From the IMG/VR virus record IMGVR_UViG_3300031920_000193: a stretch of 64,000 bases of DNA; one strand, given 5' to 3'. Position 1 is the stretch's first letter. Every line of letters begins with the position of its first letter. Below, in pieces: positions 51,570 through 60,335 of the stretch. Origin of the DNA: a virus. The position numbers and the translations under genes are program-made. The notes under the pieces were generated by a model, which made no database searches, was not told the origin of the DNA, and was given only the letters and a program-made list of their open reading frames with translations.

Positions 51570-51947
51570 TTAATCATCATATTGTTTAATGTTAAGTTCA
51601 CCCTCAAATAATGTAAATTCATCACAAGGGAAAGTATCAAATACATCACCAGATTCACAATAAAACTTATCACTTTCAATATAAAAATCGTTAGCAATTA
51701 CAACAGCTTTATTTGTTTTCTTAGTACTATCTTCAAATTCATGGTCACCACCACAAAATATAATAACACCCTTAAAATAATCATTGTCCCACGCACTACC
51801 CATACATAGAACAATTAGTTCTTTTGTGTTATGTTTTAAAAAAATACCTTTTTTGTGATTATAACTATAACCATCTTTTGATTGTTTATGTTTGATATTA
51901 AATGTTGGTTTCATTTCTATAAATGTTGGGTGTGCTTCTGTTTCCAT
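51570..51947 (-). CDS. hypothetical protein
   Basis: ORF in - block. Confidence 0.65.
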   Translation of the reverse strand: METEAHPTFIEMKPTFNIKHKQSKDGYSYNHKKGIFLKHNTKELIVLCMGSAWDNDYFKGVIIFCGGDHEFEDSTKKTNKAVVIANDFYIESDKFYCESGDVFDTFPCDEFTLFEGELNIKQYDD

Positions 51948-51971
51948 TTTATTATATGTTATTAATTAATA

Positions 51972-52193
51972 TTATTGATTACAATATTGCTCTATCATCT
52001 TATCAATTTCATGTTTTAAATTATCTGGCATGTTTGATGTTATTAATGTTATTGGTTCACCAATTGAATATTTTTCTATCATTATATTATTTACATCCAT
52101 TGGTTTTGATCCAATCATTTTAAATTGATTATATGTTAAATTCTCCAATTCAAACTTAATCACTTTTTCTTGTATTTCTAAAATTCCATTCAT
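51972..52193 (-). CDS. hypothetical protein
   Basis: ORF in - block. Confidence 0.6.
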   Translation of the reverse strand: MNGILEIQEKVIKFELENLTYNQFKMIGSKPMDVNNIMIEKYSIGEPITLITSNMPDNLKHEIDKMIEQYCNQ

Positions 52194-52458
52194 ATTTTAA
52201 GGGGTGTTAGATAGGTTATAATCTAAATAAAAAGGAAACACATAATACCACAGAATATAATTATTAATACTGATATTGTTAACCAATTTGGTATACTATG
52301 ATAACCTACATCAAAACTAATTCGTTTATCTTTTGGTACGTAAGGTATAATTCTTTTTTTCATAATTTATATATTAAAACTTATTACTTTCCATATTTCA
52401 AATCTAAGTCCAAATATACTTAAACTGTTTGTACTTGGTTTTTTAATCATATTATATT

Positions 52459-53133
52459 TTAATTAAAAACTTTAAACATTTTTTCAATCTCACTATCTAT
52501 TAGTTCTTTATTAACATCTTCTGTTTTTTGTAATATAATATCCCATTTCCCTTGATTAAAATCTGGTTTAAAATATTCTTGCTTTATTTTTGGTTGTGAT
52601 GCATTTAAAATTACTGTTTTTCTAACATCTTTCCAGTTTTCATCTTGACTTTGTATTTCTTCTAATAATATATCTTTTGTCAACATATCAATTAATTTTT
52701 CCTTTCTATGTTTTAAAGATATCGATGGTCCACCAGTACAAGTATCTTGACTTGGTATTATTTTAAAATTATCTAAATCATCTGCTTCAAAATGTGGATT
52801 GAAAAAAGATATACTAATATCACTAAACCTAAATTTACCTATTGTTTTAATATCTTTTTTTCTTAACCTTGATACTTTCACGATTTTACCTGTTTTTTTA
52901 GTGCTGACTTTAAAATTGATAGATAAATTATTTATATTGATCAGTAATTCTCGATTCGTATAATAAGGTATTGATATTTTAACAGTATCATCAAATAATG
53001 TTTTCACACTATCAATCATCATACCTTTTACATCAGTATCGTGTTCTGATTCAATATTAATGGTTGAAATGTTATCATTGAGAAATATTTCTATTTCTTT
53101 ACTGGTCATCTGTAATATTTTTTCTTTATTCAT
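52459..53133 (-). CDS. hypothetical protein
   Basis: 224-aa ORF. Confidence 0.75.
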   Translation of the reverse strand: MNKEKILQMTSKEIEIFLNDNISTINIESEHDTDVKGMMIDSVKTLFDDTVKISIPYYTNRELLININNLSINFKVSTKKTGKIVKVSRLRKKDIKTIGKFRFSDISISFFNPHFEADDLDNFKIIPSQDTCTGGPSISLKHRKEKLIDMLTKDILLEEIQSQDENWKDVRKTVILNASQPKIKQEYFKPDFNQGKWDIILQKTEDVNKELIDSEIEKMFKVFN

Positions 53134-53260
53134 ATACGTAAGGGTATTATATTTACATTAACTGAGCACAAATATAACACCTTCTAAGCACACTTCCAAA
53201 TTAAATATATCTACCTACCTCTTACCCTCTAAAAGTGTCACAAAACATACCACAATATAG

Positions 53261-53289
53261 TATACGTTCATATATAATAATAGGTTACA
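53261..53289 (-). promoter_or_regulatory. phage promoter TGTAAC-N17-CGTATA
   Basis: both boxes exact. Confidence 0.65.
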
Positions 53290-53469
53290 CTATAACTGTA
53301 CTTTATATGTACTTTAACTCTTCCCCAGACCATCATTACATCGTATGAATAGTGATTTCGGGCACACTGTGTATCAACACCTTAAACAGTGCCCGGTGTA
53401 TGTTCTATACTTAAGGGGGAATAAAAAACACTTTCTCCCACTTACTGACACTTATTCCCACCCCTTTAA

Positions 53470-53497
53470 TGTAACCTTTTAATATAGTATTCGTATA
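53470..53497 (+). promoter_or_regulatory. phage promoter TGTAAC-N16-CGTATA
   Basis: exact consensus; divergent from 53261-53289. Confidence 0.7.
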
Positions 53498-53504
53498 CTA
53501 CAAT

Positions 53505-53657
53505 ATGGATAGACCAACAAGTACATATACGGACATTATAACAAAGGAGATAGTACATTATAAACAACACCCTCCTGTATCGGACATTGATCTGGTTGAA
53601 GATCGGACATTGTTTCAGGGGAATGAGACTGTTGATAATATACGTACATTGAAATAA
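53505..53657 (+). CDS. possible leaderless 50-aa peptide
   Basis: MDRPTSTYTDIITKEIVHYKQHLPVSDIDLVEDRTLFQGNETVDNIRTLK; ATG 8 nt after promoter box. Confidence 0.35.
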   Translation: MDRPTSTYTDIITKEIVHYKQHPPVSDIDLVEDRTLFQGNETVDNIRTLK

Positions 53658-54140
53658 CGGACATTGTTATATAATTTTTTATAGGGGAATGTAGTCCCCA
53701 CACACCAATCTCCCGCCCCCTTTTTAATATTCTAAATTAAAAATTATAAAAAATTATATATATTATCCCCCCGATCTCGCACCCCTTGTACAATGCCGGG
53801 TTACACATCGGACAATGTGTATGTCCCGGTCTCCAACCCCTAAAGTTTAGATTAAGATTTTCCTATAGGGATAAGTACATTGTAATCAGGACATTGTAAA
53901 ATAAAATTACTAAGGGGCGGGAGATTGTTGGACATTCTTAATTAAGAAATGTTTTTTAATTAAGATTATCTCACTCACCACAATGTGTATTATTAAAAAA
54001 TTCCTATACAGGGTTTTTGAGATTATAAAATAAAGATATATTTAAGGGGGTAGGAGATTGTCTTTTTTTTTAATTAAAACTTAATTCAGGTAGTGAGACT
54101 ACTTGTACATTGATTAATTTAATGTGGGTGGTATATACAT

Positions 54141-54190
54141 AAAAAAAAATCCTCTCTATGTTATATAATTAAAATACATAGAGAGGATTT
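54141..54190 (-). terminator. intrinsic terminator
   Basis: 15-bp IR aaatcctctctatgt/acatagagaggattt with U-tract on - strand. Confidence 0.85.
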
Positions 54191-54217
54191 ATAATATTAC
54201 TTAAGGGGTTGGAGATA

Positions 54218-54607
54218 TTAATTAATAGGATTGTGTTTTCTACGTTCGTATTCTTTTTCAAGACCTTCGATCTTCTTATCCCATTCTTGTTCATCATCAC
54301 ATTGTATCTCTGTCATGTGTACATTGAAGTCCGAATTATTTTCTTTATAGCCATAGTATGAATTCTCTTTGAAGTTGAATTTCATATCCAGCTTACTTAG
54401 TTGGTCCAATCTTTTTATTAATTGTTCATCCTCAACATGGTTTCCTGTTTTTGGTATGATGTACATTGACCCATCATCACCATCTGATTTCACTATTTTC
54501 AATGATCCAAATCTTTCACTTAAGGTGTATATTGTATTACCTATTTCAATAACTACCTGAGTAGTTTCAATAGTTTCTTCACCTCTTTTTACTTTACATT
54601 TTAACAT
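54218..54607 (-). CDS. hypothetical protein (start probably MLKCKVKR)
   Basis: ORF track extends to 54721, but that part overlaps the upstream gene and leader. Confidence 0.6.
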   Translation of the reverse strand: MLKCKVKRGEETIETTQVVIEIGNTIYTLSERFGSLKIVKSDGDDGSMYIIPKTGNHVEDEQLIKRLDQLSKLDMKFNFKENSYYGYKENNSDFNVHMTEIQCDDEQEWDKKIEGLEKEYERRKHNPIN

Positions 54608-54668
54608 AATCTTATTTTTAATTAATAATATTACACATACTAAGGGGGGTGAGATAGAGAGAGTATGT

Positions 54669-54875
54669 TTATTCTTCAAACCCTTCTTTAATGTCATTAC
54701 CAGCTTGTTTGACTTTATCAATTACTTGATATTCTTTCATGTCTTCAACAAGTTCTTTACTTTCTTTCCCCATGTTACTGAAGAAAGACTTTTCATTATC
54801 TTGAGTTGCTTGATATGCTTTCCAGCATACAAATACAACGATAATACCTATAACAATTTTTAATAATTTTTTCAT
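54669..54875 (-). CDS. small membrane-anchored protein
   Basis: MKKLLKIVIGIIVVFVCW. Confidence 0.7.
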   Translation of the reverse strand: MKKLLKIVIGIIVVFVCWKAYQATQDNEKSFFSNMGKESKELVEDMKEYQVIDKVKQAGNDIKEGFEE

Positions 54876-55015
54876 GATGTTTATGTTTTTTAAATTAATA
54901 CTATATTTATATTTATTGTGTGAGTGTACATTCTCCTACCCCTTGAGTAAATTCATATTCCACTCGGACATTGTATTCTTTTTATTGGTCATTATATTCT
55001 TTTTAATTAAAATGA

Positions 55016-55255
55016 TTATTTTTTCATACCAAACATGTTCATCAAATTATTTAATTCATCATCCCCCTTTATAAAATCATCGGACATTGTATCATCAATA
55101 TCTTTTATTTTTTGATCATTATTTATAATTATTTTATGGAAGATAATTTTTTTTATAAGCAATTCTTTAGCTTGTGGTTTATTTGATGCTGTTATTATGG
55201 TCTTCATTTTCTTTCCGAAGATTTCAAAGTAGATTATATATTCTTTATTTTTCAT
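55016..55255 (-). CDS. hypothetical protein
   Basis: ORF in - block. Confidence 0.65.
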   Translation of the reverse strand: MKNKEYIIYFEIFGKKMKTIITASNKPQAKELLIKKIIFHKIIINNDQKIKDIDDTMSDDFIKGDDELNNLMNMFGMKK

Positions 55256-55261
55256 ATTTGG

Positions 55262-55663
55262 TTAATTTTTATCATCAATATAGTGAACATCATCTCCTAT
55301 GATCGTAAAATTAGCTGGCTTCTCATCAACTAATAATTCCTCGAACATTTGTTTAGTTGTGATTGTAGGTTTGATCCTGTTGGTTTTACATATCTCCCGC
55401 CCCTTATAATAAACTATTCTTTCACGGGGGTTTGTGATCACTACCAGACCTTTATAATTATATTTGTATCCGGACAATGTAGTTGGTTCATCTAGATCAA
55501 TAATGTCAGTGCCATACTTTCTAGGGGGAAGAGATATCATATTTATGATCTTCCCGGTTGCAGCATTTGCAATCCTAAGAATATTAGGATTATCTTCTTC
55601 GAACGTTATTTTATATTTGTTTTCTACTATCATTGTGGACATTGTTTTAATTAATAATTCCAA
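55262..55663 (-). CDS. hypothetical protein
   Basis: ORF in - block. Confidence 0.65.
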   Translation of the reverse strand: MELLIKTMSTMIVENKYKITFEEDNPNILRIANAATGKIINMISLPPRKYGTDIIDLDEPTTLSGYKYNYKGLVVITNPRERIVYYKGREICKTNRIKPTITTKQMFEELLVDEKPANFTIIGDDVHYIDDKN

Positions 55664-55695
55664 TATATTTCAGGAACGTTATTTTTCATTAATAA

Positions 55696-56169
55696 TTACG
55701 GACATTCAATAATTCCATTACAATCCCATTTGATTTCTTTACCGGATGATTCTAATTCTTCGTAAAGATGATTATTAATATCAGAGGGGTTGATTGGAAA
55801 ATCTTCATGAAATAGAAAATGTTTATCCCATGCTTCCATTTGTTCTCTAATTCTTTTAACAGCTTCCTTAGTATTGTTTTTACCTTTTAATAAGATAATT
55901 TCTTCAACAATACCACCATCAGATATAATAATAACTTCTACTTCTCTAAGTACTTTCATATCTATAGGAGAACCACATACTAAACAAGTACCGTTTAAAA
56001 TAGGTGATTCTGTTTCACAAGCCGGACATTGTTCAAAACTCACTTCTTTATAATCAGGATTGTTATTTTGTATTTGTTTATTTACGTGCTTAAATACTGA
56101 AGTTTGTCCATGCTTATTATAAATGTTTTCACATTTATCATATACTTTATTTTGTTCTTTTATTTTCAC
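55696..56169 (-). CDS. Zn-finger protein with C-terminal module shared with 63474-63992
   Basis: CPAC...CLVC; start probably GTG 56169 (track gives 56286); ends GKEIKW...ECP. Confidence 0.7.
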   Translation of the reverse strand: MKIKEQNKVYDKCENIYNKHGQTSVFKHVNKQIQNNNPDYKEVSFEQCPACETESPILNGTCLVCGSPIDMKVLREVEVIIISDGGIVEEIILLKGKNNTKEAVKRIREQMEAWDKHFLFHEDFPINPSDINNHLYEELESSGKEIKWDCNGIIECP

Positions 56170-56266
56170 GATATATTTATTTTTAATTAAGATTTGTTTT
56201 TCATTCTCCTGCCACTTAGTAAAAATAAAGTAAGAGTACAATGTGTATACTCTTACTATAGTTATC

Positions 56267-57055
56267 TTATGCAATTGTTTGTACATTAACTTTCTCTACG
56301 AAACAACTGTTTTTAATAATCTCACTATTTTCTCTGTTGGCAATTTCTTTAAATTTAAGACCAACAACAACGCCATATCCATCATTAGGACGATAATCTG
56401 TAAGGTCACCATCAATAACTTTATAGCCGTTCCATGTTTCAGGTAAACCACCAGTAAATACTACTGCTACATTACCACCACAAGCCAAATGTGATTTGCA
56501 AATTTCAGTATTTTTACCTGTATGGGATAATGTAATGTGATAATTTTCAGGTAGTTTTTTAATCAAACGACTTGCATTTTTGGTATAATCATAAAATTGT
56601 ACATCTGAAAATATTTCAAAGATAGTCAGACCGTTATATTTTACGTTTTCCCAAACAATATCACTTGTACCATTAAGACGTACAGAAAAATAAAATCCTT
56701 CTCTTTCTGCTTTTTTCTTTGAACTTTTAATTTCTTCAATCATCCACTGCATGAAAAAATCTTGTTCCTCAAAGAATAATTTTGTCTTAACTGTTCTTGC
56801 ATTTTGAATACGGTTCATCCCTGCCCACAATTCAAGTTTGTTTCTACCACTTGTAGATAAACAACCTAAACGACATTCAGGTGTACTATGTGAACAAACA
56901 TTATAACCCGATGTATTTGCGGGTGCTAAATAGATAATGTAAGTGTACATTTTAGAAACCTCTTTACTATGTACTAATTTAGCTGAAATATTAATACCAC
57001 CTAAATAAGATAATCTTGTTTCTCTTGTTGCTGCTGCTCTTGTTGTAAATTTCAT
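56267..57055 (-). CDS. GP88/DUF7227-like Cys-cluster (radical-SAM-like) phage protein
   Basis: YLAPANTSGYNVCSHSTPECRLGCL, VRLNGTSDI, QFYDYTK, GNVAVVF, DGDLTDYR, VVGLKFK; start moved to ATG 57055 after the AAACGCAAAA leader. Confidence 0.8.
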   Translation of the reverse strand: MKFTTRAAATRETRLSYLGGINISAKLVHSKEVSKMYTYIIYLAPANTSGYNVCSHSTPECRLGCLSTSGRNKLELWAGMNRIQNARTVKTKLFFEEQDFFMQWMIEEIKSSKKKAEREGFYFSVRLNGTSDIVWENVKYNGLTIFEIFSDVQFYDYTKNASRLIKKLPENYHITLSHTGKNTEICKSHLACGGNVAVVFTGGLPETWNGYKVIDGDLTDYRPNDGYGVVVGLKFKEIANRENSEIIKNSCFVEKVNVQTIA

Positions 57056-57099
57056 GATTTTTGCGTTTATGTGAATACTGTATTTATACACTACTTTAG

Positions 57100-57127
57100 T
57101 ATACGATAAAAACACCAAAAAGTTACA
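57100..57127 (-). promoter_or_regulatory. cassette promoter TGTAAC-N16-CGTATA
   Basis: exact consensus. Confidence 0.8.
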
Positions 57128-57209
57128 TTCGATTGCCGTTTTTATTGCCGGACATTGCCGGATAATAATCTTAATTAAGAATATCATTGACACTGATTGC
57201 CGTTTTTAA

Positions 57210-57539
57210 TTAAGAAAACAATTCCTTCAATTTTTTTTGTTGACTAATTTTTTCAAGTACATCTTTTAATGTTAGTCTTTCAATGTAATTAAATTCCCAA
57301 CAATCACCAACCTCTAAATGAATTATTTCAAGGGGTTTAATTGAACATACCATGTACATTGCTTTACCGTCAGCAACAGGAAAATAAATAATTTCACCAA
57401 CGTACTTATCATTGCTCTGACTTAAACAAAATTGTTTAATCTCTTCAATGTATCTCTCTTCATCTTTTTTCCATGCTTTAATATCTTTCCAATTTAAAAC
57501 AGGTTTTTTAATGTGTTCCGGTGCTGAATATACTTTCAT
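57210..57539 (-). CDS. hypothetical protein
   Basis: YFPVADGKAMYMV motif. Confidence 0.75.
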   Translation of the reverse strand: MKVYSAPEHIKKPVLNWKDIKAWKKDEERYIEEIKQFCLSQSNDKYVGEIIYFPVADGKAMYMVCSIKPLEIIHLEVGDCWEFNYIERLTLKDVLEKISQQKKLKELFS

Positions 57540-57588
57540 GATTTTATGTTTTAAATTTATATTGTGATAATTATTTTAATTAAAAACT

Positions 57589-58035
57589 CTACTCTTCATC
57601 CTGTAAGTGAACATCATTTTCATCTTTACCCAAAGTATCAACAGCATAGTCTTGAATATCATCAATCATATGTAGAATACCTGTAAGATTACCCTCTAAT
57701 TCACTACCACCATCAACATGATTAATAACATCAACTAATGATTTCTTTTGTTCTCTTAACATAGGAAAATCAATCTTTGCAATTGGGTTTCCCTCTGTGA
57801 AACTCTTAATTAAAGTTTCCATTTGGTCAGCTTCATTTTCAATTGTTTCAATAAGTGTTTTAACTAACCAATCTTGCACTTGTTCCCATAGGTAAACATG
57901 ATTATTTGCAAAGTCAGATTTGTTTTCGACCTCAGTTAATTTAATATAACCATCGTAATGGTCTTTACCTTCTTCTGCTTCACAAAAATAAGTTCCTGCA
58001 ACAAGATTAATACATTTTCTTCTTAAATTTTTCAT
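57589..58035 (-). CDS. hypothetical protein (cassette gene)
   Basis: AAACGCAAAA leader and own promoter. Confidence 0.75.
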   Translation of the reverse strand: MKNLRRKCINLVAGTYFCEAEEGKDHYDGYIKLTEVENKSDFANNHVYLWEQVQDWLVKTLIETIENEADQMETLIKSFTEGNPIAKIDFPMLREQKKSLVDVINHVDGGSELEGNLTGILHMIDDIQDYAVDTLGKDENDVHLQDEE

Positions 58036-58081
58036 TTTGTTTTGCGTTTATGTTAATACTATATTTATACTCTTATTTTAT

Positions 58082-58125
58082 TATACGAAAACCCCCTTAA
58101 AAGGTTACACTTCTAAGGGGGTTTT
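58082..58125 (-). promoter_or_regulatory. cassette promoter embedded in 12-bp stem-loop
   Basis: boxes 58082-87 and 58104-09; IR 58088-58099/58114-58125. Confidence 0.8.
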
Positions 58126-58133
58126 TATTGTTT

Positions 58134-58379
58134 TTAGATGAAAAACTTATTCATTATTTTATGTTCTCCCTCTGTCATTTCAATGACTTTTACAACTCTC
58201 ATTGCCATAACACCTTTTGCCCACCACCATTCATCAATATGGGAATCAGCACCCCAATATTGTGATACAAATCTTTCAGCAGCAAAATTAATGTTCTTTG
58301 CATTTGTTGTGTGTTGTACCCTGTGAGTGTGTCTGTTTTCACCGTCTTGTACTTCTAACTCAATAAATAAATGTTTCAT
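58134..58379 (-). CDS. hypothetical protein (cassette gene)
   Basis: leader and own promoter. Confidence 0.75.
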   Translation of the reverse strand: MKHLFIELEVQDGENRHTHRVQHTTNAKNINFAAERFVSQYWGADSHIDEWWWAKGVMAMRVVKVIEMTEGEHKIMNKFFI

Positions 58380-58436
58380 GATTGTTTTGCGTTTAATTAA
58401 TAATATATTTATACTTTCTCTCTCTTACTACTTTAG

Positions 58437-58484
58437 TATACGAAAAAAAACCCCAAAGGTTACAAATCTTTAGGGTTTTTTTTC
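58437..58484 (-). promoter_or_regulatory. cassette promoter embedded in stem-loop
   Basis: boxes 58437-42 and 58459-64; aaaaaaaccccaaag/ctttagggttttttt IR. Confidence 0.8.
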
Positions 58485-58507
58485 CAACTGTAGCTTATTG
58501 TTTTTAA

Positions 58508-59128
58508 TTAAAAGTTTAAGCTAATTCCTACTTTAAATCTTTTCTCGTCAGTTTCAGCAAACTTGTATCTTACATAGTATGGTGGCTGTACCTCATTCAC
58601 AACCCAATTATAAAGAACGTCAAATAGTTCTGCTTTGGTCGTGTTCTCAGTATCACTAGCAACGGCATATTTGAAACCTCTACGTTTACTAGTTTCTAAC
58701 CAATCAAAATAAAATACATTGGTTCTTACACCGTAACCTTTGTACAAATGATGTGAAGCTAATTCTTTTAATGCTTTCTTAGACATTTTCTTAACTGGTT
58801 TTTCAACAACTGTTTTAATTTCATCAACCATTTTACCATGAACATAAGACATAAATGTACCATCTTCATTAATTTCTTGATTGTTAAATAAATCCATAAA
58901 TTCAGTAATTGGATATACAGTAATATATTTTTGTTTACTTATAGGTATTTCAAGTTCCTCAATGATACCTAATCTAACCTTATCTGCAATTATAATAACA
59001 TCATGTATATCTTCAATAATAACTAGAATTTGATATACTTTGTTTTCAATACTCTCAGCATATTTTCTACTGTCATCAAATCCATTAACATTAAATAATA
59101 CTACGAATGTGTTTTTTAAATTTTTCAT
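58508..59128 (-). CDS. hypothetical protein (cassette gene)
   Basis: leader and own promoter. Confidence 0.75.
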   Translation of the reverse strand: MKNLKNTFVVLFNVNGFDDSRKYAESIENKVYQILVIIEDIHDVIIIADKVRLGIIEELEIPISKQKYITVYPITEFMDLFNNQEINEDGTFMSYVHGKMVDEIKTVVEKPVKKMSKKALKELASHHLYKGYGVRTNVFYFDWLETSKRRGFKYAVASDTENTTKAELFDVLYNWVVNEVQPPYYVRYKFAETDEKRFKVGISLNF

Positions 59129-59160
59129 GATTTTGCGTTTTTAAGTTTATACTACTTTAG

Positions 59161-59188
59161 TATACGGACATTATTCAAAAAGGTTACA
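59161..59188 (-). promoter_or_regulatory. cassette promoter with GGACATT site
   Basis: exact consensus. Confidence 0.8.
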
Positions 59189-59224
59189 CCCGAAAGGGTA
59201 TATTTTATTATATTGTACATTGTT

Positions 59225-59376
59225 TTAATTAAGATTAATACCGAGAGGGTATAAAAGAGTAGACCCTGCACGGATTTTGAGTTACCGTGTCAGGGTCTGA
59301 GTATAAATCTAAACGCAAATTTAGAATCTTTAATGTTTTACTTTTGTGTTTTACCCTCTGCGTTTATATCTTATAC
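59225..59376 (-). ncRNA. candidate small RNA cassette with anti-leader loop
   Basis: own promoter; no ORF; hairpins 59261-59298 and 59308-59325; long-range helix 59244-51/59352-59. Confidence 0.7.
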
Positions 59377-59381
59377 TTTAT

Positions 59382-59409
59382 TATACGATGATTTTGTTAA
59401 ATAGTTACA
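59382..59409 (-). promoter_or_regulatory. cassette promoter driving the small RNA
   Basis: TGTAAC-N16-CGTATAAT. Confidence 0.8.
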
Positions 59410-59590
59410 ATCTGAACCTTCTTTTTTTTTTATCATCCATTGGTAAATCTTCAGTTATTGTATTTCCTAATACCCAATCAAGTGCATTTTTAACACCTGC
59501 TTCATAACTCATTCCCGGAAACTTTGAATTGTGTTCAGTTTCTGTTGCTTTATCAATTTGATCATAAATTTCATCTTCAGTTTTTGTCAT
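59405..59590 (-). CDS. hypothetical protein
   Basis: SKFPGMSYEAGVKNALDWV; variant leader AAACGTAGAAATC. Confidence 0.7.
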   Translation of the reverse strand: MTKTEDEIYDQIDKATETEHNSKFPGMSYEAGVKNALDWVLGNTITEDLPMDDKKKRRFRL

Positions 59591-59622
59591 GATTTCTACG
59601 TTTAAATTTTTAATTAAGATTA

Positions 59623-59964
59623 TTATACAACTTCATCTTCAACGTCTGCACCAAACGATGCTTCAAGTGATTCAATACATTCATCATCACCTTCCCAAAC
59701 TCTTTGCCAAAAGTTTTGTGCATTGTTTAATGAACCTTTAGAACCATCTTCTAATACACCACGTGGTGGAATAGTATTACCGTAATAGTCTCTTGTTAGT
59801 TTTTCACCTAAGAAACAAATACCTGCTTCTAAACAACTCATTGCAAATCTACCTGCTGAACCTTCGAATTTCCAGATATCACCAGTTTCAATACTTTGTT
59901 GGGTTGGTGTTACATTATAACCCTCTTGTAATTTTCTAATTTCTTCAATTGTAATTGTCTTCAT
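59623..59964 (-). CDS. hypothetical protein (cassette gene)
   Basis: WKFEGSAGRFAMSCLEAGICFL...DYYGN motif; leader and promoter. Confidence 0.8.
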   Translation of the reverse strand: MKTITIEEIRKLQEGYNVTPTQQSIETGDIWKFEGSAGRFAMSCLEAGICFLGEKLTRDYYGNTIPPRGVLEDGSKGSLNNAQNFWQRVWEGDDECIESLEASFGADVEDEVV

Positions 59965-60010
59965 GATTTTGCGTTTTATGTTTATACTATATTTACACTC
60001 TCTATATTAG

Positions 60011-60038
60011 TATACGAACATTGTTCAAAAAGGTTACA
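60011..60038 (-). promoter_or_regulatory. cassette promoter containing palindrome GAACATTGTTC
   Basis: exact consensus. Confidence 0.8.
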
Positions 60039-60043
60039 TATAA

Positions 60044-60295
60044 TTAGATCAAAATTGGTTTTTCTGTAACAAATCTAAAACAACTCATGCTTTTTTTATT
60101 ACCATCACTATCCATTGAGTACAATACATTACTATCAGGTGTGAGTAGATATGAGTACATTGTATCATCAATAGTTAGTACAATGACCTTACCCCCAAAG
60201 TGAACATTGTATATCTGTGTACAATCATTTTCCATGACATTAACACTATAATGTCTTACCGGATTTTGTTGTGATATGTATTGTTGGAAATTCAT
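60044..60295 (-). CDS. hypothetical protein
   Basis: ORF in cassette array. Confidence 0.65.
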   Translation of the reverse strand: MNFQQYISQQNPVRHYSVNVMENDCTQIYNVHFGGKVIVLTIDDTMYSYLLTPDSNVLYSMDSDGNKKSMSCFRFVTEKPILI

Positions 60296-60335
60296 TATTT
60301 TAATTAAAACATTTCATGATATTTTTAATTAAGAT

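Larger units (their letters stand above)
53140..54140. other. 1-kb largely non-coding, repeat-rich control region (origin/terminus candidate)
   Basis: divergent promoters; 7 GGACAWT motifs; 14-bp IR 53706-53719/53914-53927; C-runs change to G-runs. Confidence 0.6.

Noticed and set aside
60015-60026. LexA/DinR SOS box
   Set aside because: The Gram-positive box is GAAC-N4-GTTC; here the spacer is 3 nt and most copies are GGAC.
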